Positions 25,831 through 39,583 of a stretch of DNA of 64,000 bases are shown here, piece after piece. The DNA comes from Paramecium tetraurelia (lineage: Eukaryota): the NCBI GenBank assembly GCA_000165425.1, contig CT868207.1, forward strand, positions 372,001-436,000. The letters are read 5' to 3'. The first letter of the stretch is position 1; each line of letters begins with the position of its first letter. The position numbers and the translations under genes were made by a program. Under the pieces are notes generated by a model. It was not told where the DNA came from, searched no databases, and saw only the letters and a list, made by a program, of their open reading frames with translations.

Positions 25831-28374
25831 TCAATATTCCATCATCTCCCTTTATTCAGTTGTCAAATGTTCCAATTTTTCTTGTTTCATCTTCTGCTTT
25901 TTGATAGTCTGTAATTATTATTCAAAACTTTCATCCAATTACAACTCTATATGACTGGGAGCTTAGAAAGACTAATTTAAAATTGATCCTCTCTATAAAT
26001 ACTTAATTTCATTCTTACTTCATTATCTTCCTTCACTTAAATGTCATCTAAATTTATTATTCCATTTTAATTGTTCTAATTGGATAGATTGTCCTTAAAT
26101 TGTTTCTTAATCTTCTCGAAATCAATCGTGCTTATGGAGTTGCACTTCGATAATATTTCTTGAATTTCTGTGTTAATGTTATTTTTCTATAACAAACTTG
26201 CCAAATCCTAACTTTTAATGACATTTATATTTACTATGCACCAAATCCTTTCTTCTTATATATTTGAAACTATGCACCCAGAAATGAATACAAAAGTTCA
26301 TTGAAATCCTTAGACATTTCATCATCCAGAAATGAAATTAACTTAATTATCATGCACAACCTTAACTCTTTGTCTTTATAAATATCAAAGTTAACTTTCC
26401 TATTAGACTTTGTTAATTTGCTATTTCCTAATTTAATTGTGGAATCATCGATCAAATAAGCAATAATAGAAACTATTTGTTGATTTGTCAATCTACCAGG
26501 AATGAAGTCAAAAAATTAATTGATTAGTGTTTTTACATATTCTGGCTCATTATAACTAATTAAAACAGAGTTTGATAAAAAATATGCGCTCAATCCAATA
26601 ATATTGGAATTGGGTACAATATAGGAATTGATCTCATTATTTTCATTTGAGTTTATTTTTCCTGCTTGTAGAAATAACGATGTTAAGATCTAAGCACATT
26701 TTAATGAAATCTAATGATCATACTCAGCTATTTCAATTAGCATAACAATCATTTCTTCGGTTATAATGATTGTCGAGTTGAATGTCTCTATTTTTAATAT
26801 GCATTCGTGTAAAATGATTAATAAGTTAATTAGAATATCAAGGTTAATGGCTGTGTTATTCATTAAACTTAAGTTGTAATGATAAGTAAAAGTAAGTGTT
26901 TATTGTATGAATGACTGTACACTATTGGTATCTGATGATATTTATTTGAGTAATGCGATTAAGCAGAGTTTGGTATCATCAAAGGTTTCAGCATCTGGAT
27001 TAATTCTTAAATTATTAAGAACAGCCTTTATAGTTTAAGTTTGTTGAAATAAAATAAACTAATTTGTTTCAATTGAATTGAATAGACTAATTAATAATTT
27101 GATGATTGAGTTTTTCACATTTGAAGTGACATGAAAGCTTTTATATTCCGAGGTTTTCTTCATCAAAGCTGGGGCACTTGGACTTTCAAATGGATTCTTG
27201 TCATTGGGACTATCTAAATAATCAACCAATTTAGTAAATATAAATAGCTCAGTATTAGACAATTAATTGATTTCTTTGGCTACTTCTAAAACTAGGAAAG
27301 TGATATCAAAGATATCCTAAGGATTCTTCCAATAATCTTCATCAAAATTATTGAAAAGCATTTAAAACAATTCTTCATATAACTACTAATTTAAGGCTCT
27401 TTCTAGAAATGTTTCTGTCAATTTGTGCCAAATAGGTTGAGATGCAAACTTCTTATGATCCTTCATCAATATATTAAATAGAGCTTTTTAACTTTTTGTC
27501 ACAAACAATCTTTCTTGGGGTATTCTTAAAAAGGCATTCTTATATACAGACATCACTACAAATGGATCTGAAATGAGATCAAGTAATTCTTAGACTGCTG
27601 ACATTTCTTCATTTGTCTTGGTTACCCATTCACTAATATAAGACTCATTATTTACAATTGATCAGAGTAACCTAACTTAGTGCCTATTATATATTCTAAG
27701 AATGTCAAAATGCATTGAATGTTTTCGCTTTAGAACTATTTGTTGGCTTTCTTGTTTGAAAACGATTCCAAGGTTTCCAAAAACTAAGACCACCAAACCC
27801 TTAAGAAATTATATTATTCTTACATTGCATATGTCATTTTGTCATTAATCAACTAGGAGATTATATTAGAGAATGCTAATTCAAATTTTAAAAAGTTATC
27901 TGATACTTAGGTTAAGGTTTATAGGTGCTCTATTTGAATAGACCTCTGACTTATTTCAATCTTAGATTCCTCATACAATTAATTCTAAACTGGAATTTCT
28001 TTCAACTATATAAACTTATCTAAGTTAAGTATGAGCTCCTGTAATATGTGCATGCACATTTTGATGATAATGGGATTTTAAGACAGTTTCTAATTAATTG
28101 TTTTTATTATTACTATTTTACTTTCTACATATAATGCAGAGTCAATCAGTCTAATTTTATAAGATTCGATGTGATCTATCAATGTTTTTACTTCTAACTT
28201 AAATTGCGGCTATATCTTTGCCCAGTCAAACTCATTAAAGTATTTCATTATTTCAGATTTCTTGTTGAATTCCTTTAAAGTTTCCTCTCTCGGCACTAGT
28301 TCAAAAATCTCTGTCAGAATAGCAGAGAATGTTGGCTATTACAAGTTTCGAGAAGTACTTCCAATACAACCCAT
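25831..28374 (-). CDS. Alpha-solenoid protein with N-terminal MGC lipidation signal, EFR3-like (tentative)
   Basis: Starts MGCIGSTS. The N-terminal helices TFSAILTEIF, VKTLIDHIESYKIRLIDSALYVE and IIKMCMHILQELIL resemble the EFR3 N-terminus. About 800 helical, Leu/Ile-rich residues; TGA at 25831-25833. The gene is well supported, the family call is inference. Confidence 0.6.
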
Positions 28375-28560
28375 ATTATGAATATATTAATATTATATTT
28401 ATGATAATCGGTTATTTCATAATATCTCAAACAACTTAAATCCATAAAATATCCAGTATCAACTCAGTGTTTCAAATTAAGAGGCGATATTTCTGTGATA
28501 ATGAATATACTAATCAAATATGAGACAATTTAAAAATCTTTTAAATTTGTTATTTTTAAA

Positions 28561-30005
28561 TCACAACAAAATTTGATCTTAAGCCATCTCCTTTGAAACC
28601 GCATCCAAATATAATCCATTCAAACTTATCAGAGCGATAAATTCATTGTATTATTCTAAGATTAGTTTAAATTCGGTTTCATAATCCAAAGATTCAATGA
28701 AAAAAGCTACAGCTGTTCTTTTGAATGGAACAGCCTTCTTCAACTATTAAAACAACCCTATTGTTAATACACAGAAGTCATCTCCTTAAATGGCTGATGA
28801 TCCGCCTTTAACCTAAGATATTACAAGAAATTTATACTCCAATATGATCATATTCTTTAGCCAAAGCTGGATTTTACATAGAAACATATCCCATCAAAGC
28901 ATAAAAATGTGAATAAAACTGTTCATTAAACCAAAAACCATTATTTAATTTATCAAGCATTTTAGAGTATTCTGAAGTTGTTGATTTTGTGAAATATTTT
29001 GATTGAATTTTTAAAACTTCCCCATCTAACAACTACTTACCTCTACTTAAATAATCTTTAGCTAAATCATTATTTTGATTCAATTAATCATGTATTTCCA
29101 TGCTTTTTAAATATACCTCATTTTAAGATAGCTTCTAAATATTTTATATGAATTCTTCCTTTTTGCTTTGTTCGTCTTTTGTGAATACCGATAAAAACGA
29201 GCTTAAATAGAAGATTTAACTTTATTTTAACCCCAATTAATCGACCGTATTTTCAATAGATTGTAAAGTCAATAGAGTTTGTAAGTATTCAGTACAAGCA
29301 TTAGAACTTAATGCTATCATTCCTATTGCGATTTCCTTCAATTACAATTACCCTTCTTTTAACTTACCTTATTGTTCCCAAATTTACAAAAAATTAGCAT
29401 GAGACAGATCTAATTCTTTTATGTAAAACTTATTAACTTCATTTAAATTAATCCAATCTTCTTCATTTATTTTACCTTCGTTTAATTATTTGCAATATTC
29501 TATGGCAACAATTATTTTGAAAACACTCATCAAAGTTTATTCTCTATAACCGAAATAGTCTGCTATTACTTTGTTATCTGCAATAACAGAAAAAGAGAAT
29601 TTATTTGGATAATGCTTTATCCATTAAATCATTGATGGTTACATATGATCATTCATACTGAAAGAGGCAATTTTACCTTTTTGATCATATGACCAAAATA
29701 AAGTACCAGTTCCCAAATGTTTCTAAAAGCCTAATAGAACGCTTGGTTTTTCTTTATCCACAGTTGAATAGACCCAATAAGATATAATTCCTTATCTATT
29801 TCTGATTGCCTCTATTTGTGAAGAGAAAATTTCTAATGATGTAGCCTTTTGTGTGTCTCTAGAAAATAAGTTATAAATTAATGCTGCATTGCCTTAAAAC
29901 TTGATTTTATGTCTTACCTTCATTGTATGCACTCTTTAACAGATCAAAATAGGCTAGATTAGATTCATCAGAAGCAACAAATACCCCTTCAACAAGATTT
30001 ATCAT
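28561..30005 (-). CDS. Beta-lactamase/penicillin-binding-fold serine hydrolase (SxxK family), bacterial-like, ~464 aa
   Basis: SxxK motif MSVFKIIVAIEY (29516-29530), SxN motif GMIALSSNACTEYL (29300-29308) and KxG motif GVKGGSS (~28801-28812). Two 25-nt GT-AG introns (29893-29917, 28813-28837). ATG at 30005, TGA at 28561-28563. Confidence 0.85.
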
Positions 30006-30485
30006 AAAAATGCTGAATAAATAATACAACATAGATTAAAAATATTTTCATTTATGGAATATAATTTATCATTAAAATTCAATAATATTTAATGAATAAG
30101 TAATCTATCCATAAGAATTTTCATATCAACCAATTAATAATTATTAAAATTCTTTTAGACTGATTAAAAGCTATTTCTAATAAAAAAAATCAATAACAGA
30201 ACATATCATAATATTTTTATATATTAACACATCTTTGTTTATAGAAAGATAATAACAAATAATAGTTTTGCTAAACATTTAAAATGCTATCTTTTAATAT
30301 ACTGTTAATTCTTTCAAATAATCAAGATTACAGTTAATTTCTGAAAGCATTTAGATATGAAATTCATATTAATTCTAATAATAAGAATTCTAGATAATAG
30401 GTTTAATTGGGTGAGTATATCATATATCTATATTCATTAATTGTTTTAAATATATTATAGCAATTTGATTTATATAAATTATATT

Positions 30486-32210
30486 ATGAAACCATAAATT
30501 TGTTTATTAGGCATTCAGAAGTTTGCTAAAGATAAATAGGTTTTGAAATAATTGTAAGAATAATTAGGAGATAAATTTATTAAGCCTAGCGAAATTATTA
30601 AACCTAAAATGAAACCATTTTGTTTTTTGTAATTTAGTGATGAGGATTAAAAAAATGTAATAGTTAAATTAATTATAAAGAATTTCGTTAAGTTAATTGA
30701 AGATAATCCAGAATTGAAACTTAGGATAGGAGAGGTCCATAATGAGAATGCTTTTGAAAAATAATTAGAGAAGAAAATTAAGCAATAAAAATAAAATGAA
30801 GATGAAGTCAAGCAATTTTAAGAAAAGCATTAGAATAGAGATGTCATTGAAAGAAAGGATAATGAATTAGCATTATAAACAGCTCCACTTTATTAAGTTA
30901 AATATGAAGAATAAGTTGAACAGAAGATGGCTGAACTAAAAAAGGTAATTAAAAAATTAAGAAATTAATTTATTTAAAAAAATGGTAAAGAGTATGCCCC
31001 TGATTGGATTCTAGAGTAATTATATATAAAATACTAGTACGAATTTAATTAAGCTAAATGACCCTATAACTTGTGATGAATAATTTAGATTTAATTATAG
31101 AAACAAATGTGAATTTACAATCAGCTATAATAGTTAAAAAGAAGTTTGTGTCGGTTTTAATGTGGGTTCAGTTCAAAAAAATAATGATAGTGTTGAATAA
31201 GTATTAAATTATCAATATAAAAGCCCAACACATGTCCAGTAACACCTGCTGTTGCTATGGAAATTGCCAATAAATTTTAGACTTACTTATAATCCTCCAA
31301 GTTTTAACCTTTTAATAGACAAAATGGGAGTGGAGTATGGAGGATGTTGAGTGTTAGAAAGAGTGATAGGACTAAGTAATTATTAATAAGTGTAAGCATA
31401 AATAAGGACAACTTATAATAAGATGAATATGCTGTGGTTTGTGATGAATTAATGACACTATTTAGCACTTCTTATGGCGAATTCAGCTTACAAGGATTAT
31501 TATTAATGCATTCAAATAAATTGGGTTAGGATTTAGCTAGTTCTGCCGATGACACAAAAATATTATTTGGAAATTCATATTACTAAGAAATCATTTTAGA
31601 CAAAAAAATCAATATATCATACAATGCTTTTTCTTAAAATCATACACCTCAATGTGATAAGTTATATTAAGTAATTATTGATCTTTGTAAAAACAAAAAA
31701 ATCACCAAATTTTTAGATTTGTGTGCTGGTAGTGGTACTATAGGGATTTGTGTGAGTGATTAAATTCAAGATATTTTAGCAATTGAAATGAATAAGTCTT
31801 CATGCGAGGATGCTTGTGAAAATTATAAATTAAATAATCTTCAAAATTGTTAAATTATTTGTTCAAAGGTGGAAGATGTTATAAAAAAGGTTGCCCAAGA
31901 TTTAAAGAGTTTTGAAGGAAAACAACAATTGATGGCTTGTTTAGATCCCCCAAGAGCTGGAGTCCTTAATAATGTTATTGAAGCTATCAGAACTTGTAAA
32001 GGTATAGATCACATTATTTATGTTTCTTGTTCTCCTCCTCAGGTAATTGATAATTTAATTTAACTCTGCTTACCTCAGTGTAAAAAGAACAAAGCACCTG
32101 GATTTAAGTTAGTCAATGTGACATTAGTTGATATGTTTCCTCAAACAAGTCATTTTGAAGCAGTATTCTATTTGGAGAGAGATTATGGTATATTATCTGA
32201 GCTGATGTGA
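30486..32210 (+). CDS. tRNA (uracil-5-)-methyltransferase, TRMT2A/TrmA family
   Basis: RRM-like N-terminus, then YRNKCEFTI, SAM-binding LDLCAGSGTIGI, LDPPRAG, catalytic IYVSC, and VDMFPQTSHFE. TGA at 32208-32210. Confidence 0.92.
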
Positions 32211-33005
32211 GATAAATATAAATTTGTTGTATAATAAGAATATAAAATGATATTTCTAAGGAATTTTCACCTTATGTTAATTTAGATGTGAATGATTCAA
32301 ATATTTAATAATCTAAGATATATTTGTATGATTAATATCCTAAAAAATAGTGGTAATCTCAAATCTAAGCAATATTTTCATCTTTTTTGTGAATTTAGAA
32401 TTTGTTCATTTGTGTTTTATTCAATATCATCTTCATTTTTTTATATTCATTAGTTTTTAATATGATGTCAATATGATGACATATTTTTTGTTATCCTTTT
32501 AACACATTTATTACGAAATCAGGTTTTCTTATTTTGTGCAATGCAAGTTTAAAGCTTAATTTATTTAAGGGAATTAATGCCTTATTCAAAATAAGGCTCT
32601 CATAAAGAATATCCATTTATAAGTAACTCTTTCGATAGTATTTAAGTGTTAATAAGTAAGAAGTCGGGATTGTCTACCATTTTGGATAAATAGCTTCTCA
32701 TAATTGGTTAACATTTATTTATTCCAACACTTTAAACAAAGTCTAGAAATTAGATTGAATAGATGGACATGAATATGTTGATTTTCTTTTAGTTTAATAC
32801 TAGACATATATAAAATCGCTGAATTTTCAGAGATTAGTAAATCCTGAGGTATTCAAATAATTGGCAGTTTCTGATTCTCATTGTAAATCTTAAATTTATT
32901 AATTTGAATATCAATTTTCGAAAATCGTAAATATCATAATTACATTTTTTCTATTATAATAATAAATTATTATTGTAATAATAAGAATAATTAAGAGAGG
33001 AATTA

Positions 33006-33518
33006 ATGTCGGATAAATTAGAATATAATAATTAGTTGGTGCAATATGGTTTTTAAGGCAAGCAATTTCCAGTGTCAATTAAAGCAAAATAACTATCAAA
33101 TTATCCCCTTGTTATGGCATCGCTATTAGTAATCACAATTAAGTTATAAAAGTAAAAATAATTCCCACGTAAGATACAGTTGTAGTCCCCTTTGAATAGG
33201 AAGATATCAAATCATTCATTCAAGAAATCATTGAGTATTAAAAGGATTTCCACTCCCAAGAGGAAAAACCCAACTTATGAAGACGCATTATTCATAACGT
33301 TGAAACCTCTGACATTTAATCAGATAAATGATTCAAGAGCCTAGACTGCTCACTAGTTTAGACCAGAATAGGACAGTCTAAAGGACACTGGAAAATTATG
33401 GTCTTGCCAATCAAAGAGAGCATCCCATTTTTTTCGTTCAAGAAACAGATCTGCTCACTGTAATTAGAATCAACAATAATTCAAAATAACTAGAAATGGT
33501 AGAGTGGAATTTTTATGA
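33006..33518 (+). CDS. Small basic hypothetical protein (~160 aa)
   Basis: ATG at 33006 (MSDKLEYNNQ). One 24-nt GT-AG intron candidate (~33129-33152). Open code-6 frame to TRNGRVEFL-TGA at 33516-33518, flanked by AT-rich spacers. Confidence 0.6.
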
Positions 33519-34054
33519 ATTTTTAATTTACTATATTTGTTTATTGCATACTTCAATATCTCATCTATCTCATTATAATATAGCATAATTGATTCAGATG
33601 TAAATTCAATGATGTAAAATCAGATAAATTTTAAGATTTTGATTAAGGTATTTATATTATTACATATAATGTAAATAAAATATTCAAAATAAAAAATGTA
33701 TGAGTTTTGGTGAATTATGCTGAAACTTGTTGGTGTGTGTATTGAAAATCTCAATTATCAAAAATAAATTGAAATAACTATTAATTTAGTAGTAAAATAT
33801 AAAATTAAATTTATTTTAAACATGTAATGTTGCAAGATACTTTAACATTAATTCTAACTTTGAAAATTTTACAAATTGGAATTGCATGAGAAGGGGGAAT
33901 AAAATTAGGTGGTGTATGATAAATGGCGTCATTCAGTGTAAATAAATGAATCGAATTTTGATGATGACACATTTTCAAATAAAAGTTTAATAAGAAGAGA
34001 GTATTAAATAAGAAAATCAATGAATTTTTGATAATAAAATTTTAATTAAAAATA

Positions 34055-37000
34055 ATGGCATCTTAGCTAGATGAGAATCTTCTGGTTGGAAGTACATTGT
34101 CTGACTTTGGAATGACAGCAAAAGAATTATCGTAAAAGATATATTGAATATTAAAGCAACTTGTTTATTTCAGAAAGTGTGAGAGATGGATCAAGTCTGG
34201 TATAGTTGGGAAGACATGGAAAGATAGACGGGTTGATGAAGAAGTTGAGAACAGATCCAAAGGTATATCAGAAAATATATATGTATAGAAAGGGTTAGAT
34301 AGCAGCAATATCAATGATATGGAATTGAGAGTCAAGAAGTAAGATATGTATATTTAACAATAGTTTTGGTGACAACAAGCCTGAAATAAAAGAACCAAAG
34401 GCACTTTTGGAATATGTAAATTTATTAATTGATGGATTAGATCCTTGAAAACTTTGAAGATCCAATGCTTAGAATTCTGTGTTTGGCTGCAGCTGTGAAT
34501 TTGATCATCGGTGTATGGACAGAGGGATGGAAAGAAGTATTGATTAATAAGATTTGATTAGGGATGGATGGATGGAATGGCAATTTTCATAGCAGTTATT
34601 ATAATAGTATCGGTTACAGCAGGAAATAACTATGTGAAAGACTAGCAATTCAGAAAATTGAATGCAATAGCAGAAAATAGAAATGTGAATGTGAAAAGAG
34701 GTGGTAAAATAGTGAGCACTAATATATATGAATTGGTTGTTGGAGACATTATGATAGTAGATACAGGTGAGAAGTTGCCTGTTGATGGAGTTGTTATTGA
34801 ATCAAGTGATTTAACAGCAGATGAGTCTTCAATTACAGGAGAGACAAATCCTATTAAAAAGAATGTTCCAGTCATATATGAATAATAAGATAAGGCTAAT
34901 CCATTTTTGATAAGTGGGTCATCAATCATTGAAGGAACAGGTGAAATTCTGATTTTGGCAGTTGGAGAAAACTCTTAATGGGGAATTTCTAAAAAATTAA
35001 TGACTCAATAAGCTAAAGATGATAAAACACCTTTGTAAGAGAAGTTGGGAATTTTGGCTGATTAAATTGGTGAATATGGGTTAAAGGCAGCCGTAATTAC
35101 ATTTATTGCAATGACACTTCATTTACTTTATGATGCAGTGTTTAATGAATATCCATTGTTCTCTGCTCATGCCATAAAAGAAATACTCAACTTCTTTATT
35201 GTCTCAGTTACAATTATTGTTGTTGCTGTCCCTGAAGGATTACCATTGGCTGTTACAATAGCTTTGGCATATTCTGTTGGTAAAATGAAGGATGAAAAAA
35301 ATCTCGTTAGATTTTTATCTGCATGTGAAACTATGGGAGGTGCAAACAATATTTGCAGTGATAAAACTGGTACATTGACTGAAAATAAAATGACTGTCAC
35401 TAATTTATATGTTGAAGATACTGATTTTAGTAAGTTGGATCCTAAAGCCATTAAAAATTCAACTTTAGAATTACTATGTGAAGGTATCTGTTTGAATTCT
35501 ATGGCACATCCATAAATAGATGAATCAGGTAAATTTGAACATATTGGTAATAAAACTGAGTGTGCTTTATTGGAAATGTGTTACAAATTTGGATATGATT
35601 TCAGATAAATTAGATAGAATATGGGAGAAAAGATCAAGAAGAAGTTCCCTTTCAGTTCAGAGAAAAAGAAGATGACAATCATTTTAGATCCAAAAGGGGA
35701 CAGAACACAATTCAAAATTTATACAAAAGGTGCTCCAGACATGCTTTTAGATAAATGTTCTCATTATATTAATGCTGAAGGAAGAGCTGTTGTGTAATTA
35801 TAAATACTAATATTTTTAGGATTACCAATGATTATAAACAAAAAATTAATAGTATTATTAAGAATTATGCATCCTAATCATTAAGATCAATCTTATTGTT
35901 GTATAGAGAAACTATGATCTAAGGTAGACCATCAAAACCAGAAGAATTTAATAATGTGGAAGATTTAATTGACAAATCTTATACAATCATTGGAGTGACT
36001 GGCTTGTAAGATCCATTGAAAGAGGGAATCGTCAAAGCAGTTTAACAATGCAAGGAAGCAGGAGTAACTGTAAGAATGGTTACAGGTGATAATTTTGATA
36101 CTGCAGTTGCCATTTCTAAGAAGGCAGGAATCTTACCACCAAACTATGAACATCATGATGATTCACTTGCTGTAATGGAGGGAAAGACCTTTAGATAAAT
36201 GGTTGAAGGATTAGGGTATGAAAAAGATGAAAAAGGAAATGAAATACCAAAAGTGAAGAATTTATAGAATTTCACCACAATTGCTTAAGAATTAAGAGTC
36301 TTAGCCAGATCTTCTCCAGAAGACAAGTTTTTATTGGTTACTGGTCTGAAATAACTTGAGAATGTTGTAGCAGTAACAGGAGATGGTACGAATGATGCAC
36401 CAGCACTAAAAAAGGCAGACGTTGGATTTGCAATGGGAATCTAAGGAACAGAAGTTGCAAAGGAAGCAGCAGGTATTATACTTCTAGATGATAATTTTGC
36501 TTCAATTGTTACAGCCATGAAATGGGGTAGAAATATCTTCGATTGCATCAGAAAGTTCCTTGTATTTTAAGTCACTGTCAATGTAGTTGCAGTTACTATG
36601 GCATTTTTGGGAGGAGTCTTCCTAAAAGAGTCTCCATTAACTAGTATTCAAATGTTGTGGGTTAATCTCATTATGGACACATTGGCATCTTTGGCTTTGG
36701 CCACTGAACCTCCCACTGATGAATTATTGACTCGTAAGCCTTATGGAAGAAAAGAACACATGATCACACCTGGAATGTGGAGAAGCATTATATGTTAAGC
36801 AGCATTCTAACTATTTGTTCTTTTGATCATTTTATTCAGTGGAGATTCCATTTTTGGTATCGAATCTAGTAGAGGACATAGATTGGATGAAGAATATAAG
36901 TATCTATAATAATTTATCTTATTTTAGCCCTGTCTATCAAGAACATTATACTATCTTCTTCCATATTTTTGTGTTCTTGCAAGTCTTCAATGAAATCAAT

Positions 37001-37470
37001 GCTAGAAAATTGAAAAAGACTGAATTGAATGTATTTGATGGATTCTTTAACAACTATCTTTTCATAGGTGTTATTGTTGGAACTATTGTTGTTCAAATTC
37101 TTATTGTGTAAACTTTTATCTTATAATCTAATTAGTTAATTTGGTGGAAAAGCAATCAAAGTCACTCCTCTTGATTTTGGCCATCATGTCGCTTGCATTA
37201 TTATTGGAATGTGTAGTTTGGGTGTTGGATACTGTATTAAATAAATTCCTGATCAATACTTCTAATCCATTGAATTATTTAAAGAACAAGTTGCTCCTGA
37301 AGCCGATCCTGATACTATATAGGTACGCTTATGAATTCTATTAATTTTAGGGTAAAATCAAAAGACCCTCAACATTCCTGAGAAAGAAGAGAGCCATAGA
37401 AAACAAATAACCACGCAAGGGTTCTTAAGAAATAGAAATGAAAGCTGGAAACAGTGGTTTTAAATAATGA
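34055..37470 (+). CDS. Plasma-membrane Ca2+-ATPase (P2B, PMCA)
   Basis: Motifs [20 protein letters not shown], phosphorylation site CSDKTGT (~35355), [27 protein letters not shown] and [11 protein letters not shown]. Many 23-28 nt introns. TGA at 37468-37470. Confidence 0.97.
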
Positions 37471-37517
37471 AATTTTATTATTTTAAGATTAAGAATTTAA
37501 ATTATAAAACTTAACTA

Positions 37518-39573
37518 TCAAGCTTATAAAAATGATCTCTATTACGTGTATTTAATGAATGATTGTGTCAACTAGGTTTAATCTGTGTAAATGTAGAAAC
37601 TAATCTTATTTTAATACAGGGTTTGTTATTAAATCAAGTCTTACATAGGGGGGTATTGCATCAATGTTTATTCACATTATTGACCGCAGTAGATACTTTA
37701 AGAATATTAAATCGAATTGTAAGGGCCAATCTTCTTTAGTAAAAAATTAGTAATAGGTTGATTTAGTTGTAATTCCTAACTGTTGTTAAAATGAAAATCT
37801 TCATAAGTTTATGGATTCAAAATTAAATTGGTTTCTAATTTTAAATCAATCTTCTTGCTTGTCAAAAACGAAAACTCAAATTTGATAAGCTTTTAAACTT
37901 CTATTTTACTCTGACTCTATTGCGATTCATCAGCCACCTTTTTTATAAATTCTAAATCTTATTGGCATTTCTTTTCCAAGGTGTTATTATTTTGTAATGG
38001 ATTCAGATTCAATTCATTTGTAATATTCAGATTTATTGTTGAATTGGAATTTGCTTACTTCAAACATTATTCAAAAATGTTAACTATAATTTAGGAAAGG
38101 AATTTAGAGTTTACATTAACCTTAATATCCTCTAAATACAATTGGTAATGAAATTTCATTTTTTATTTCATACTCATATAGGAAAAGTGTTGTTACAAGT
38201 TAAAAAGAAAGGTTTTAATGTTGATTTTGCTATAAGCCGCCAAAGCATTGTTGATTGAAGCGGAATGAACAAAAAAGAAAAAGTTTTAAAACTGGTTCAT
38301 TATAGATAAATTCATGCATTTAATTTACCAAAATTTATGATTATCCAATGAACTCAGCTTTAATCCTATTATTTCTTTATAAAAATTTTAGTGTGCAACT
38401 GAAAGTTGATTGGAAGCATATTAAATGACTTTGCTTAAGAATCGTATTTGTTCTTCGCTTTTAGGCAATTGTTAAAGTGGTTTTTCTTCCTTAACGACAA
38501 TCAGTAAATAGTTCTTGCCATAATTCATAGATTTGATATCAATATTCACAATTATATTGCTTCCTTTGATTTAATTATAAAACACGCCTTCCATTTATTC
38601 AGTCTGTTCGTTAGATTATTATTGTTCATCTGAGGAATTTTATTTACACTTATAGAAGGCAAATTCTTCCAAGGTTTATTTCTTATTGCCTAGTCGTCTT
38701 ATAGACAATTCACTTGATTTTTAAATGTTTATGTTTTATAAATCAACACAAGTGGGTATTTAACCTTTGGGAACAACATAGGTGTTTCTCAACATTTCAA
38801 TTAAAGTTTTAGTATCTTCAACATTTAAGTTTGTTTGACTGATTTGATTTTGGAATTCCAGCTAGAAAGAATTGTTTCTGGCATTAAGACTTATTGCTAT
38901 AAAGGAATGTGGAATGTATCCCTGAGATATGTCTCTTATTATAAAATAGGTAATTACTTCAGTTTAAGATTGTAGATCATATACGAAAATGCCAAGCGAA
39001 ACATGAATTCGTTATAATGAGAATAGAGTAAAATCAGAAATTACGTCATGAATGTTAGAATGATGTTTCCAAAATCTTAGACAGTAAATAATCCTAAAAT
39101 ATAAAGTTAGACAGCTGGTACAATTAGTAGAGTCAGCATCCTCAATTTAATATGACTAAAGAGGAATTGGATTATTGCGATTATCGCTGTTGCCTATCCG
39201 TAAAGAAATTACTATCTTAAATATATTGATCAACAAATTACTTTTGCTAACTTTGAGATGCTATGTATAAGCTTATTGCTAAGGACAAGATATACATTAA
39301 AAAGTAATAGTACCCAACTTTTGAAGCAAATTTCTGAGCGTAAATCAAAGCTAAGAAAATGACTAGACTCGAAAATGCTAATATCACCATTACAACGATT
39401 TATCCTCCTTAGAGCAAATAAAATATGAAGAAGAAGATGCACAATAGCAAAATGGTTACATCTATGATCCTAAAGTATGATTGTCTGTATTTAATCATCT
39501 CAGACTCATAAAGATCCTCGTATTATTTGCTAATGAAACTTAGGGTCCATTTATTAAATGGTAAATTATTCAT
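37518..39573 (-). CDS. Multi-pass membrane protein with large cytoplasmic C-terminal region (possibly degenerate sensor-kinase-like)
   Basis: ATG at 39573 (MNNLPFNKWTLSFISKQYEDLYE) is followed by about 6 hydrophobic helices and then a long hydrophilic region. Tiny introns restore the frame. The stop is placed at TGA 37518-37520, but the 3' third was not fully traced. Function is inferred. Confidence 0.65.
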
Positions 39574-39583
39574 AATTATATGA

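Noticed and set aside
32340..32940. Possible small gene or gene remnant between TRMT2A and the 33006 ORF
   Set aside because: Several frames are open for ~70-100 codons, which is expected when TGA is the only stop. No motif or consistent gene model was found.
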